Source: Albugo candida
Lineage: Eukaryota
Length of the DNA stretch: 64,000 nt
Assembly: GCA_040437565.1 (NCBI GenBank)
Contig: JBDOQK010000052.1
Location: 1 to 64,000 of the forward strand
Direction of reading: 5' to 3'
In this document: positions 13,289 through 25,770 of the stretch, in pieces
Position numbering within the stretch: the stretch's first letter is position 1
How the letters are laid out: every line of letters starts with the position of its first letter
Made by a program: the position numbers and the translations under genes
The notes under the pieces: model-generated
Seen by the model: the letters and a program-made list of their open reading frames with translations, nothing else
Database searches by the model: none
What the model was told of the DNA's origin: nothing

Positions 13289-16200
13289 AGCCTAGAAGCA
13301 TTCATCAGATGGAGTCGGTTAAACAACATAATCTGCACAGCAAAATACTGTTCTTTTGCTCTAAGCTCCTGTTTGTTGCCATTCTTTTTCTATTTCTAAA
13401 CCATTCAGCACAAGTATTTGTGATCGCTGCTGGAGCATCAGTATTTTTCATGATCTTGCTGCCTAAATAAAGTATCTGTATATCGCATTCACATGCCGCC
13501 GTCCGTATTTTTGTACTCATTTGAGAGATGGGAAGCGTCATCGCTTGATCGCTTGATCGCTTTTGTGTCTCTTATAACATTATTCCTTTGAAAGAGTCTT
13601 TATCGCAATTACAGGCAAGACCACCTGTGGTATATATGAGATATCAGAAGACAAAGGAGATATTAACACTCCATCCAGATCGAAAAAAATAAGGTCCGAG
13701 AGTATTGAATGACCACTGGTGTCATATCTGCGGCCTGTCAAGAGCAAGACCGCATCTGAGAATTTCAACTTGGATGGCAGCCTACGTGTTTTATTGCCGC
13801 GAGTTTTGATCTGGAATCCTCACCTTCTGCTCGAAAAGCGACCCTCTTCAAGACAAATCATCACCCCCCCCCGATAACACCTTAGCAATGCCCGCAACAA
13901 ATATACCACAATGTATCCTGAATATGGAGATCCGTCGTGTTCGGTCGACGGTGAGATGAGAAAAGCGTATTTATACAACATATTGGTCTATCAAAGTGGA
14001 TACAGTGCCAAAGGAATACCAAGAATCAGATCAGAAGCTACGGTGATTTATTTACTTTCAGCACAATTCAATTTACTTTACGACATCCCGCAGTTGAAAC
14101 CACCATGCTATATGCATCCACTAATCGTTTTGCGTCAACTATCCGGGTCACGATCAGCCGAAAGTATTGTTAGAGAAGAGCATCTTTAACTGAAATAGCT
14201 TTTTTGGCTGGATGACTGGTAAACTGGGAAAGCAAGTTCGTGTGTCACCGTCGTCATAGACTGATGCCTGCAGGAAGAAAAACACAAAATATGATTGATT
14301 GTGTGCCCGTTATTTTTATGGGTTTCCGAACGATTTGGGTTGGAGATCAGGAAGCTTCATGCGGCTGGTTTTCATAGAACCGTTGCACATTTTAAGTGTT
14401 TTCTTAGCATTTATGGCGCATTTACTCGGTTTATGGCAAAGAAAAGCAAGAGACTTGGCAACAGCCGCTATCAGATATCCGCAAGTGACGGAATTGATCA
14501 TGCCAGCAAGCAATACCACCCATGAAGAATTTGCAGATAAATTTAAATATTATTTACCGCATTGTACATGAGTCTTGAGATTATAGAAGCGCTAAATTAC
14601 ACCAGTGTTGAACAGTGCTGCGATAGTCGGGAATATTTCGACTCATTCAAAGCGGACTTCAAGCTTTCTGCCACCTCCTTCAATCATCCCAACTCTGGCA
14701 TAAATTGGGATCCTGAAGTCTCCATCGAGTGTACAACATTCTTACTTTCACGCATTTTTTGCCATCAAACGCTCATGACATGAGAGTTGGAGACTATAGT
14801 AACAATCTGGATACGCTCGACCGAATCGTTTTCCATCCAGCACTAATCTTGAATGTATCTCCTTCTCAATTGGGGTTTTTGTATTGGTGGCATGATGCTA
14901 TTTGTGGCTGCTGCGCTCTTTGAGACAGGAAAGAGTCTATCGGAGGGTTTTGGTTACCATCTATAGCTTGAGTAGGATCAATCGCAACTGCAGATTAATT
15001 TGACGAACTCCCGCGAAGCTTTCTTTTCAGAGTGTTATGGAATGGCCTGGATTCACACCATGAATCGTGTTAGCCTCGACTTCACCCCACAGCTTGTTCT
15101 AGTGACGCGTTTCGTAGTCAAAACGGATTGCTAGGGTGAGTGTTTGTAGCATCTATACGATCGTTGGGGAAATTGAGAATGACCTTTAATGTATGCACCA
15201 TCATCGGCTTTCTCATGTCTCAAAAAAAGTTGCTCTGCTGCGATCCAGGACTTCGTTCCGGAGCTGCTACTTGTAAAAAAGTAAGCACAATGTTTTTTAG
15301 GTCTTTGCAGGGTATTATCTGTTTGAAAGCGAAGCCGCGCGCATCGTTACATTATTACATCAGGAAGAGAGGGAACATAAGGAATGATACTTCACCCCAC
15401 TTTCAGGACCACTTTTCCTGTATATGGGCTTCTTTTCAGGTATAATGATACAGAGCTTATCGTTCCTGACTGAGCCGGTCTTCCGGACTTCAAAAGCGCC
15501 TCTGTCATCATGCTTCTATTCACCGAGAAATGCTATTCTGTCCCGCACCTGCAATTTTGATTAGACATTTGCGCAAGTGCTAAAATTTGCGGAAGGTATG
15601 TAGCGCAAAATTATGAACCTAAAATGCAAATCATCGAATTAAATACAGACAGGCATCTGTAGAAGTGAGACGTTCTTTTCGCTCACGCCCATGCTTCATC
15701 ACTAAGTGAATAAACCAATAATTGATTGTGATGTAAGTCTCCCAAAATTCTGAAAATTCCTCGGTGCAGTATCGATTGGTATTTTTGCTACGAGATTCAA
15801 GATAATGTAGCACTGAATGGATTCTTTAATGCAGCCGTCTCATGTGCATTTGACTCATAGCACAATTGACAACAAGTCCGAGATGTGTTCCTCTCATTCT
15901 TTCTGATCATAATAGACAGACCATATACACGACCTCTCTTGCGTCTTCTGGTGTGCTCCAGTATAGGTAATGCTCAAAGATTTGTATTTGTAGAAGTCCC
16001 GGAGACGAGCACATCAGTTTCTTTAGTATCGGTCTTGTATGCCGTTAGATTGTCCTTCCATCCAGATGCATGACTTGGACCTGCTAGTCGATCAGATGAG
16101 TTTATATGCTGCGTTCAGTGCGTCCAACTACTTTGATGTTTGGATCATGTTGTCTAATAAGTGAACTAATATTTTGTCTGATTCGGTAATGCTACCTACT

Positions 16201-18511
16201 AATCATCCTAATTCGAACGGCATGATTCTTTAGATCAATGACAATGCGAACGAAATCGCAATGGACAATCCATTCAAGGCTTCCTTAGAAACATTCCAGA
16301 TTCACTTTCGACGGAGACTAATTATCAGCTTGCAAGAAAGCTGAAGAAGGAAATCTGGATGGAAACAAATGTATATAATTCTTTCTTTCCTCAAGAAGTA
16401 GAAGATGGATTGTAGCAGTCTGTACACTCTCATTGAAAGTCTGTCGCTCTATCAGCGGAACAAATGTACTACCTGCCACATCGATCACATACCGTTCTGG
16501 AAACATGGACTATTCAGTCCTAAAGTCATGTCGAAAGGTCGAATGTGTATGTGCATACGTAGAGGCATCATAGTGCTGCGACGGTCCTCAGCTATCTGCC
16601 AAGGGTTTTGTAACCTTGCTATTGAGGTGTACAAGGTCTGCTTAGCGCCTTTCATCAACCACCAAAGAATCACACGTTTGGGTGACCATATCTGGGGAAG
16701 AATGTATTGGGAAAACTGTGGTCGTCTACGCGGTTGTAAATTATGTCGGACCTCGAATGGCCGTCGAAGGCGGTGTAAAAAATAACGAATAAAATGCAGG
16801 ATTATCTGGCAGAAAAAGTACAACCTTCTCTCTTGATACTACCCGAATGTGCAACATCATAGTCCCGCTAAGATTCTTAGGATGAAGATGCACCGTCCGC
16901 GTGCATATTTCTACCATTGAAGACCCAGCAAAGCAATTCAGTATACGCGAATTGATCATCTCACGAAAATTTGCATATATCTGTGGTTCTTGGGACAGCT
17001 TTTCACTATCAACGCTATAAGTGGACATTCGCTGAGCACAATTTATGTTCGATAAAATAGTTCCTTCAGGTCTTCGAGAACTCAGATTGAAGCTTTTATC
17101 TTAGAAATCATTCTTGTAAAGTGGAATTGTATCACAAGGTGTCAGTTGACGGATCGTCAAGTAGTTATTACATTCGCAGATCGGTCTGTAGGTTGTAGAC
17201 ACAATTGATTATCATACAGAGCTATTTTCCGAAATAATCTGACAAGTCAAATGCTACAGCCGTTAAAGTGAGTAAGATAAATAGAGCTCTATAGATCCAG
17301 GATGGTTGTGTCGCTATTTTTGCTGGTATCTTGGTGATTCTTGTTTAAGGATATCGTTTCTGACAGATGGTCAGGGATCTAAGGTTCAACTGCAAGACCC
17401 ATTACAGGTCAAGCCGGACCTCACCGTGTAGGCTGTTTAGTGACAACTTGATAGATGGTACGAGAAGAGACGATCGCCACGTAAGACCATCGTAAGATTA
17501 CGGGGGAACCATAAGGACGCTATATGCAACTTGATCTGGTCAAGTAACTGCAGATGTATGCCTAGAGTGGAAAAGGCATAGCGAGTGGTGTAAATGGTGT
17601 CTTAGAATTTAAGTTGGGAACATACGAGTATGCAGATATGCGAGATGAGAAGTATCAGTGGTGCGAAGAGGTAGACGAAATTGACAACATGATCCATCAT
17701 AAGAATCCTGCATTACTATGACTGTTATGCACGCTGCGACTTTGCCTTCTAAGTTTTACCATCAATCATATATATCCGGTTGCTTTGATTCATTCAAAGA
17801 TATAACAAACCGCCATTGCTGGTCCTGATGTGACATGAATCCTATGCTTGAGAAGTGTATGTGCTGGTTAGTGCAGCAAAGTAGAGAGCAAAAATAAGGT
17901 TTGCGTTAAATGGGTTCGATTGAAGAGGTGATAGTTGAGCTGAGGCATGTTGTTGCTGCTAAATCTGGAGTAAATTGGAGATTGAACGACTTTCAAAACA
18001 ATCGCCAGGGAGCGATATGTATTAGATGCACCTTTTCGCTCAGGACGATTGAGGATCTCCATAGGATTAGACTGTGCAAAAATCGAGTACATGTCGACTT
18101 TGCACGTACCAATCCTTTCTGATGCGAGAAAGCTGAACACGGCTCTAATCAAAAGAAAGACATGCCAGAACATAAAATACCTGGGATTAATGATAGGTGC
18201 CGAGGTAGATGTGATTTACGAAACATGCGAATTTACAACATAAATGGTGACGACCTGACCAGCGTCAAGGGCCTTACGACGTTTTTACAAGCAAGAAAAA
18301 CGACACAATTTGCTTGACTGATATGCAGGAACATTGGCTCATCATCGTGAAGTCAGCTGAGAGGGTTACCAAAATATGAAATTTTTAAAGAATGATAGAT
18401 TCGTTTTAATCGGTCAGAAGGACCTGATAGGTCTAGGCATGTCCAGCATTGCGGCAACGCACAATGCGCTTCAAGTTGACACATTATATACCGCTGATAT
18501 GGCATTATTAT

Positions 18512-18885
18512 TTATCCAGCTTTGTACACCATAATCGCCTTCTCATTGTAGTAGAAAAAGACGAAATTCCGCGTGACATGGGTAACATAAGAGCCAAAAT
18601 TACGGCCAATACAAACGAGCCAATAGGCTTCCCAAGTCGTATCTAAATGAGCTTTGATCTCTTCACAAACCTAGAGCGTAGACTATATTGCTTTTGGCCT
18701 TTTCTGGGTATAAATCTGACAGAAAAACTTACCGTTGAACCGCATTTTTCCCATCCATCAGCATCAAATTCTTTCAATCGCCTTGTTACAACTTGGATGA
18801 CATCTTCTAATATGTCGTCCTCCATATCACAAGGCATGCGCACAGTTGCGCCCCACATATGTTGCCAACTTGGCGCTTCGCTCAT
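18512..18885 (-). CDS. Dynein light chain type 1 (LC8-like), 2 exons
   Basis: Intron 18671-18732; spliced product ...DMEDDILEDVIQV...IKAHLDTTWEAYWLVCIGRNFGSYVTHVTRNFVFFYYNEKAIMVYKAG*. Confidence 0.88.
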
Positions 18886-19537
18886 ACGGATGCGATCGTG
18901 AGACGTCACGAAGCAATTAGAGTGAGACACACCAAATCTGTGACCAGCGAATACTTAAGGATCCGGCCGATGTCAACGTACGACCCCTTCGAACTCCAGC
19001 ATGCTCGAACCTATCAATTCTCGACAAACGTGCGACAAGAAGCTCGGTGATGAAATTGCTTCATCTTTGCACCAACTTGAGGATTTTCTCATTCTAATCG
19101 ACTNNNNNNNNNNNNNNNNNNNNNNNNNNNNNNNNNNNNNNNNNNNNNNNNNNNNNNNNNNNNNNNNNNNNNNNNNNNNNNNNNNNNNNNNNNNNNNNNN
19201 NNNTACCTGGGATTAATGATAGGTGCCGAGGTAGATGTGATTTACGAAACATGCGAATTTACAACATAAATGGTGACGACCTGACCAGCGTCAAGGGCCT
19301 TACGACGTTTTTACAAGCAAGAAAAACGACACAATTTGCTTGACTGATATGCAGGAACATTGGCTCATCATCGTGAAGTCAGCTGAGAGGGTTACCAAAA
19401 TATGAAATTTTTAAAGAATGATAGATTCGTTTTAATCGGTCAGAAGGACCTGATAGGTCTAGGCATGTCCAGCATTGCGGCAACGCACAATGCGCTTCAA
19501 GTTGACACATTATATACCGCTGATATGGCATTATTAT

Positions 19538-19911
19538 TTATCCAGCTTTGTACACCATAATCGCCTTCTCATTGTAGTAGAAAAAGACGAAATTCCGCGT
19601 GACATGGGTAACATAAGAGCCAAAATTACGGCCAATACAAACGAGCCAATAGGCTTCCCAAGTCGTATCTAAATGAGCTTTGATCTCTTCACAAACCTAG
19701 AGCGTAGACTATATTGCTTTTGGCCTTTTCTGGGTATAAATCTGACAGAAAAACTTACCGTTGAACCGCATTTTTCCCATCCATCAGCATCAAATTCTTT
19801 CAATCGCCTTGTTACAACTTGGATGACATCTTCTAATATGTCGTCCTCCATATCACAAGGCATGCGCACAGTTGCGCCCCACATATGTTGCCAACTTGGC
19901 GCTTCGCTCAT
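19538..19911 (-). CDS. Dynein light chain type 1, identical copy (probably the same locus duplicated by assembly)
   Basis: Lies within the exact repeat 18178-19103 = 19204-20129 across an N gap. Confidence 0.8.
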
Positions 19912-22900
19912 ACGGATGCGATCGTGAGACGTCACGAAGCAATTAGAGTGAGACACACCAAATCTGTGACCAGCGAATACTTAAGGATCCGGCCGATGTC
20001 AACGTACGACCCCTTCGAACTCCAGCATGCTCGAACCTATCAATTCTCGACAAACGTGCGACAAGAAGCTCGGTGATGAAATTGCTTCATCTTTGCACCA
20101 ACTTGAGGATTTTCTCATTCTAATCGACTTGAGAGAAAGGTTGCCATCCTACTTCAATTGATTGACATCCAAAAGCGTCGCATGCTACGACATCGCTCCA
20201 TGATCTTCGATAGTGGCAATAGGAGTCAATCTCTTCATTCGGCCTTACACGCTTTGCATCCTTTTCGAATGCGCAATATAGAAAGGCAGAAATCAACGTA
20301 CCAGAGACTCTGGAAGTTGCGGATGTGAGAGTCGGTATCAATCAAGTGGAAGAGAATGAGCATCTGGCACTTATGGATGCAACATGTTCCAATATATCAC
20401 TCAGTGCGATTATGTATCTGGGATGAGTGAGAACCGGGAATAGAAGTAACAGTTGCGGGGGTCTGTGGCCGTACTGATTGCCTTTGTTACTTAGTTTATT
20501 CGTCGCCGTTTCCAAACATTTCTGCTATGTTTTGAAGCCTGGAAAATAGTCGAAACTGTGGACTAAAAATGTAATGTTCAATGACTTCGCGTGAATCGGT
20601 GCCACCCAGCTCAAGATTTTATTTGGCGTACCACAAGAGAAGTGTCGGGGCATGGATGCGACAGCTGTGACGTTTATACGCCAGCTATAAACAAATATTA
20701 TACGAGTTGCTGCCTACAACACAATTTATTGTTTGGTTCGCTTTCGACTGTGCAAATAACGAAGATGTGAATGCTCAATGCTTTGTTTTACAGCAGAACG
20801 TTTCTTCGAAAAAACATTTGGATAGAGTAGACATACATTGCTGTCTCACACCGTGCTGATTGACGCTTACGGCAGCCTAGTCCTGACCGACCGGTTTGTT
20901 GATCTGCACGATTCAATGGATGGATTCAAGAGACCATTAGAAGCTATGAAGAAGTGTTGTACGCCCGGTTCGGGCCGGAAAATATGTCGTGTTTGCATCC
21001 GTTCACGAGGCATTACAATGTAAACGCTTTTTGATTGGGATCTTATGACGAATCGCTGCTTTCCGATCCTGGAGAGAACTTTGTGATCTGGTCCACATCT
21101 AGAACTTTGAGGTCTGAATCGAATATTTGTTTTCCCTTGAGTNNNNNNNNNNNNNNNNNNNNNNNNNNNNNNNNNNNNNNNNNNNNNNNNNNNNNNNNNN
21201 NNNNNNNNNNNNNNNNNNNNNNNNNNNNNNNNNNNNNNNNNNATGCGCAATATAGAAAGGCAGAAATCAACGTACCAGAGACTCTGGAAGTTGCGGATGT
21301 GAGAGTCGGTATCAATCAAGTGGAAGAGAATGAGCATCTGGCACTTATGGATGCAACATGTTCCAATATATCACTCAGTGCGATTATGTATCTGGGATGA
21401 GTGAGAACCGGGAATAGAAGTAACAGTTGCGGGGGTCTGTGGCCGTACTGATTGCCTTTGTTACTTAGTTTATTCGTCGCCGTTTCCAAACATTTCTGCT
21501 ATGTTTTGAAGCCTGGAAAATAGTCGAAACTGTGGACTAAAAATGTAATGTTCAATGACTTCGCGTGAATCGGTGCCACCCAGCTCAAGATTTTATTTGG
21601 CGTACCACAAGAGAAGTGTCGGGGCATGGATGCGACAGCTGTGACGTTTATACGCCAGCTATAAACAAATATTATACGAGTTGCTGCCTACAACACAATT
21701 TATTGTTTGGTTCGCTTTCGACTGTGCAAATAACGAAGATGTGAATGCTCAATGCTTTGTTTTACAGCAGAACGTTTCTTCGAAAAAACATTTGGATAGA
21801 GTAGACATACATTGCTGTCTCACACCGTGCTGATTGACGCTTACGGCAGCCTAGTCCTGACCGACCGGTTTGTTGATCTGCACGATTCAATGGATGGATT
21901 CAAGAGACCATTAGAAGCTATGAAGAAGTGTTGTACGCCCGGTTCGGGCCGGAAAATATGTCGTGTTTGCATCCGTTCACGAGGCATTACAATGTAAACG
22001 CTTTTTGATTGGGATCTTATGACGAATCGCTGCTTTCCGATCCTGGAGAGAACTTTGTGATCTGGTCCACATCTAGAACTTTGAGGTCTGAATCGAATAT
22101 TTGTTTTCCCTTGAGTACTGTCTTGCTTCAAAATTCAGCGATACTGACAAAGTCGCTGCAGGCAACATGGCAAACTTGACAACCAGAAGGAGACCGTAAA
22201 AACCTTCGGCGTCACCAATACTCGTTCTTGTTATTATTGTCTAAAAAAGATCCTCATGCGGAGGTTTTTCGTCGATGTTTATATATTGACAAAAAGCAGG
22301 CTGAGACCGTATATTTCAGAAGTCGATGTGAGTCGCAAGAGCCTAAGAATTGATGTTAAGCAACAACAAAAACCTTTGGATCATCCAGTATGACAATGTG
22401 AGTGATAGGTTTTAGCGTGCGCTGTTAAATCCATTCTAAGTATATGTCGTACGATGGCGTGGACATCATTGTGCATTCTATCGTAATTGAAGTACAATCC
22501 TCTTACTGGACGCTCATTTCAAATTCGTTCCTTGAATGAAACTGTGCTGCCTTCTTGTAATTGGGTACCGTTCAAATGAGATAGATTCTCTTTTTTGGTG
22601 TCGTGGCGCATTGCATTGCATCTGGGTTTATGAAACGAAGACGCTTATGCGAAAAGAAGAATCGTGAGCTCTGTACCCTTCCCCGGAAAAAATTAACGTT
22701 TACGTTGATTTTTAAGAATCGTTTTTGAGATCATTTATATAGCTGTTATTCTCCCGACACGCTGTGCGGTTAATAAGGGCCTCGTTATTCGTTTGATTAC
22801 GAGCATAGCATCGGTCAGCTGCTGGAAGGACTCGATGCAGAAAGATGTAAAGTTCGAAACAAACACTGCAAAATATGTTTCGTGAATAGACGCAGTCATT

Positions 22901-23186
22901 CACTTCATTCAAATGTAAATTCGGATGAATGTGTGTCGCTTTTTATTTATTTAGTGTGGCGGTGACTTCATTAACGTTTTATAAAATCTGGTCGAGACTG
23001 CTTTCTTTCACCCTGAAGAAGCCTCATTAGGCGAAGACCGTATTTCCACCATTAGTGCAAGTCGAGTGTCATGATTCACTCATGCATTATTGTCAATGCT
23101 CACCAGTACCAGACTGAATTTGTACACTTGAAATGTCAATCTTTAAACCCGCATCAAGTGCTTGGCATTTATGATAGCCTTGTTTA

Positions 23187-23912
23187 ATGTTTCACTCCAG
23201 TCAGAGAAGCTGCCGAAACAAAGTGGCATCAGTGTTGACTTTGCGTGCAGGAAACTCGATGTTTATTTCACCTGTTCCTTTCGTCGAAGAATGGCAAAGT
23301 GCTCCAAGACCTGCACAAAAAAACAATGCATGCGATGACGCATCTCCTCGCTTAATGTCCAACTCTTCCGCGATCAGGACTTTGTCCGACGAAAAAAGCC
23401 TTTACATTGAGCCACCGTTGTTTTGTGGCATTCTATCATCGCAACATGAGAGTGTGGGCGATAAGATCGAGTATGAGGAGCTGGACTACAATCAGACTAT
23501 CTATGAAAAAGAAAGCGAAATGAGTGACTCAGAGAATGACTTTGAACTCGTACTGAGTGATGAATGGAAGTCTTTGCTGAGATTTCAACGAGGGAAACCA
23601 TTACAGCCAAAGGAAATATTACAGAAGAAAAAATCTAATACGTATAGTAATATTGGATCGATAAACAAAAAGCACTCGAGCGCGACCAAGCGGAAAAAGA
23701 AAACCATCGTCAGATGGCAAGATCGTTTACGAGCTGAAGTAAGTGATGGAAATGCAGATGCCGCGATTCTTGATGATATCATAAGAAGCATGAGTGTAAG
23801 TGATACGCAAAGAAATCATTTGAAACAACTAGAAACGACTATCGAAGAGAAATTTGAGCAACTCTGCCGATCTTCGAAGCGAGTGATGTGGCCAGCCTAC
23901 TCAATTGATTGA
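23187..23912 (+). CDS. Hypothetical 241-aa protein, possibly Gemin8-like
   Basis: Long ORF; acidic patch followed by FELVLSDEW, and C-terminal LKQLETTIEEKFEQLCRSSKRVMWPAY. Confidence 0.6.
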   Translation: MFHSSQRSCRNKVASVLTLRAGNSMFISPVPFVEEWQSAPRPAQKNNACDDASPRLMSNSSAIRTLSDEKSLYIEPPLFCGILSSQHESVGDKIEYEELDYNQTIYEKESEMSDSENDFELVLSDEWKSLLRFQRGKPLQPKEILQKKKSNTYSNIGSINKKHSSATKRKKKTIVRWQDRLRAEVSDGNADAAILDDIIRSMSVSDTQRNHLKQLETTIEEKFEQLCRSSKRVMWPAYSID

Positions 23913-23957
23913 AGATAAAATGATGAAATGAACCTACTCAGACGTTTTTATCGTATC

Positions 23958-24796
23958 CTATCTCCTTACATTATTGATTGCATGTAACATGGCAACAATG
24001 GGATGCTCTTTTCGATCAAGTACTCGCACCAACACATGCTTTAAAAAAATCATGTGGGCACCTCATTTGACCTAAGTTCGTCGCATCGACTTCTCTACAT
24101 GTATCTAATCTGATTGAGAAGAAGAAAATCATCGTACTTGCGAGTGTCTTGAATTTCCGGCAACGCTATTTCGAATACAGCATCGATTTCATCGGGGGAT
24201 GCGTTGTGGCCGCATGGTGCCTCGCGATGAAAGAAGCGGACCATTGCAAGAAAACAGCGCGTGTTTTCACTTTCTGAAACGGTGATTCTTCCATCTTCTG
24301 CAATCATGCACGTAAATACGCCTGGCACCTAGATGCACGTTTCGGTTTGGAAGCGTGGCGACACCCTAAGCAGGAGGACGACTCTAAGTAAATCCAGTAT
24401 TATGTTAGTTGATTTGGTGTGCTTGATTCTGATTGTCCTCAAACTAGATGCAGCAGATCTGACGTTGTCACAGAAAAGAGAATTCAATTTTACCANNNNN
24501 NNNNNNNNNNNNNNNNNNNNNNNNNNNNNNNNNNNNNNNNNNNNNNNNNNNNNNNNNNNNNNNNNNNNNNNNNNNNNNNNNNNNNNNNNNNNNNNTATGT
24601 TAGTTGATTTGGTGTGCTTGATTCTGATTGTCCTCAAACTAGATGCAGCAGATCTGACGTTGTCACAGAAAAGAGAATTCAATTTTACCATGATAGATTG
24701 TGTATCGTGCTTCAAATTTTTCTTTGCACCTGCGAGAACACTAATTCTCATGCTCTCATCCAGGAAGTCGTCTTTTGCGAAAGTGGCATCGCACAC
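23958..24796 (-). CDS. Hypothetical multi-exon protein, interrupted by a gap duplication
   Basis: Consecutive minus-strand ORFs 24329-24796 and 24095-24328 plus a candidate last exon AHMIFLKHVLVRVLDRKEHPIVAMLHAINNVRR*; no recognised family. Confidence 0.4.
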
Positions 24797-25227
24797 ACAC
24801 GATTAATAAATAATCGTCTGATGCTCAAAATAATTATTTCTTTCAAAACTAGGCATATAACATATTAATTACATTTTACTACTCTAAACCGTTGGAACAA
24901 ATGATCCGTCGAGCATGCAATAGAATATGTGTTAATAACATCAACTTGACAGGATCTAAACCTCCAGTGAAATCNNNNNNNNNNNNNNNNNNNNNNNNNN
25001 NNNNNNNNNNNNNNNNNNNNNNNNNNNNNNNNNNNNNNNNNNNNNNNNNNNNNNNNNNNNNNNNNNNNNNNNNNATATTAATTACATTTTACTACTCTAA
25101 ACCGTTGGAACAAATGATCCGTCGAGCATGCAATAGAATATGTGTTAATAACATCAACTTGACAGGATCTAAACCTCCAGTGAAATCGATATGTCATCCT
25201 AGATGCGTTATCTCTCGACACATTCAT

Positions 25228-25632
25228 ATGACTCGTCAGCAAGACTCTGTTTTTTTGCTTGGGGGGCTTGGAATAGCAGCTTCTGCGATGGGAATCAAGT
25301 ATGTTATCAAGGTACACTCACAATTCGCAAATAATCTAATATGACGTAACGCAAGTCACGAAATATAGGCCTATGACGCGTACAAATTAAGACCAAAAAC
25401 GCCGAGCTTATCGTGGAATTATAAATCTTTTTATGAGGGACCATTTGAGGAAAGAATGACACGTCGTGAAGCCGCTCTCATTCTTGGTGTCCGAGAAAGC
25501 GCTTCACCCAAGCGCATTCAAAACGCACACAGGAAACTACTCATATTGAATCATCCCGATACTGGCGGGTCAACGTATTTAGCAAGTAAAATCAATGAAG
25601 CTAAACAGCTTCTATTATCGGGAACAAAGTAG
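25228..25632 (+). CDS. PAM18: Mitochondrial import motor J-protein Pam18/Tim14 (DNAJC19), 2 exons
   Basis: Intron 25312-25368; [21 protein letters not shown]...[26 protein letters not shown]. Confidence 0.95.
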
Positions 25633-25770
25633 CCTTGCTTTTGTGACCCTTCATACACATCCAACAATAAGAAATAGAACTACGGATTGAAAGACTACAC
25701 TCAGTCAAAGTGTGATTTGACATTTGTACAGTGTACTATCTTGCATAGTCATACATCTTGGGCAATCTTA

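Larger units (their letters stand above)
18178..22116. repeat. Two gap-flanking exact duplications (18178-19103 = 19204-20129; 20269-21142 = 21243-22116)
   Basis: Identical sequence on either side of 100-N gaps. Confidence 0.9.

Noticed and set aside
13600-17700. Fragmented coding-like remnants on both strands
   Set aside because: Multiple stops and no family recognised; needs tBLASTx
18178-20129. Tandem dynein light chain gene pair
   Set aside because: Identical copies flank an N gap, which is the contig-overlap artefact pattern
19990-22420. Possible small multi-exon genes on either strand
   Set aside because: No consistent spliced ORF could be built
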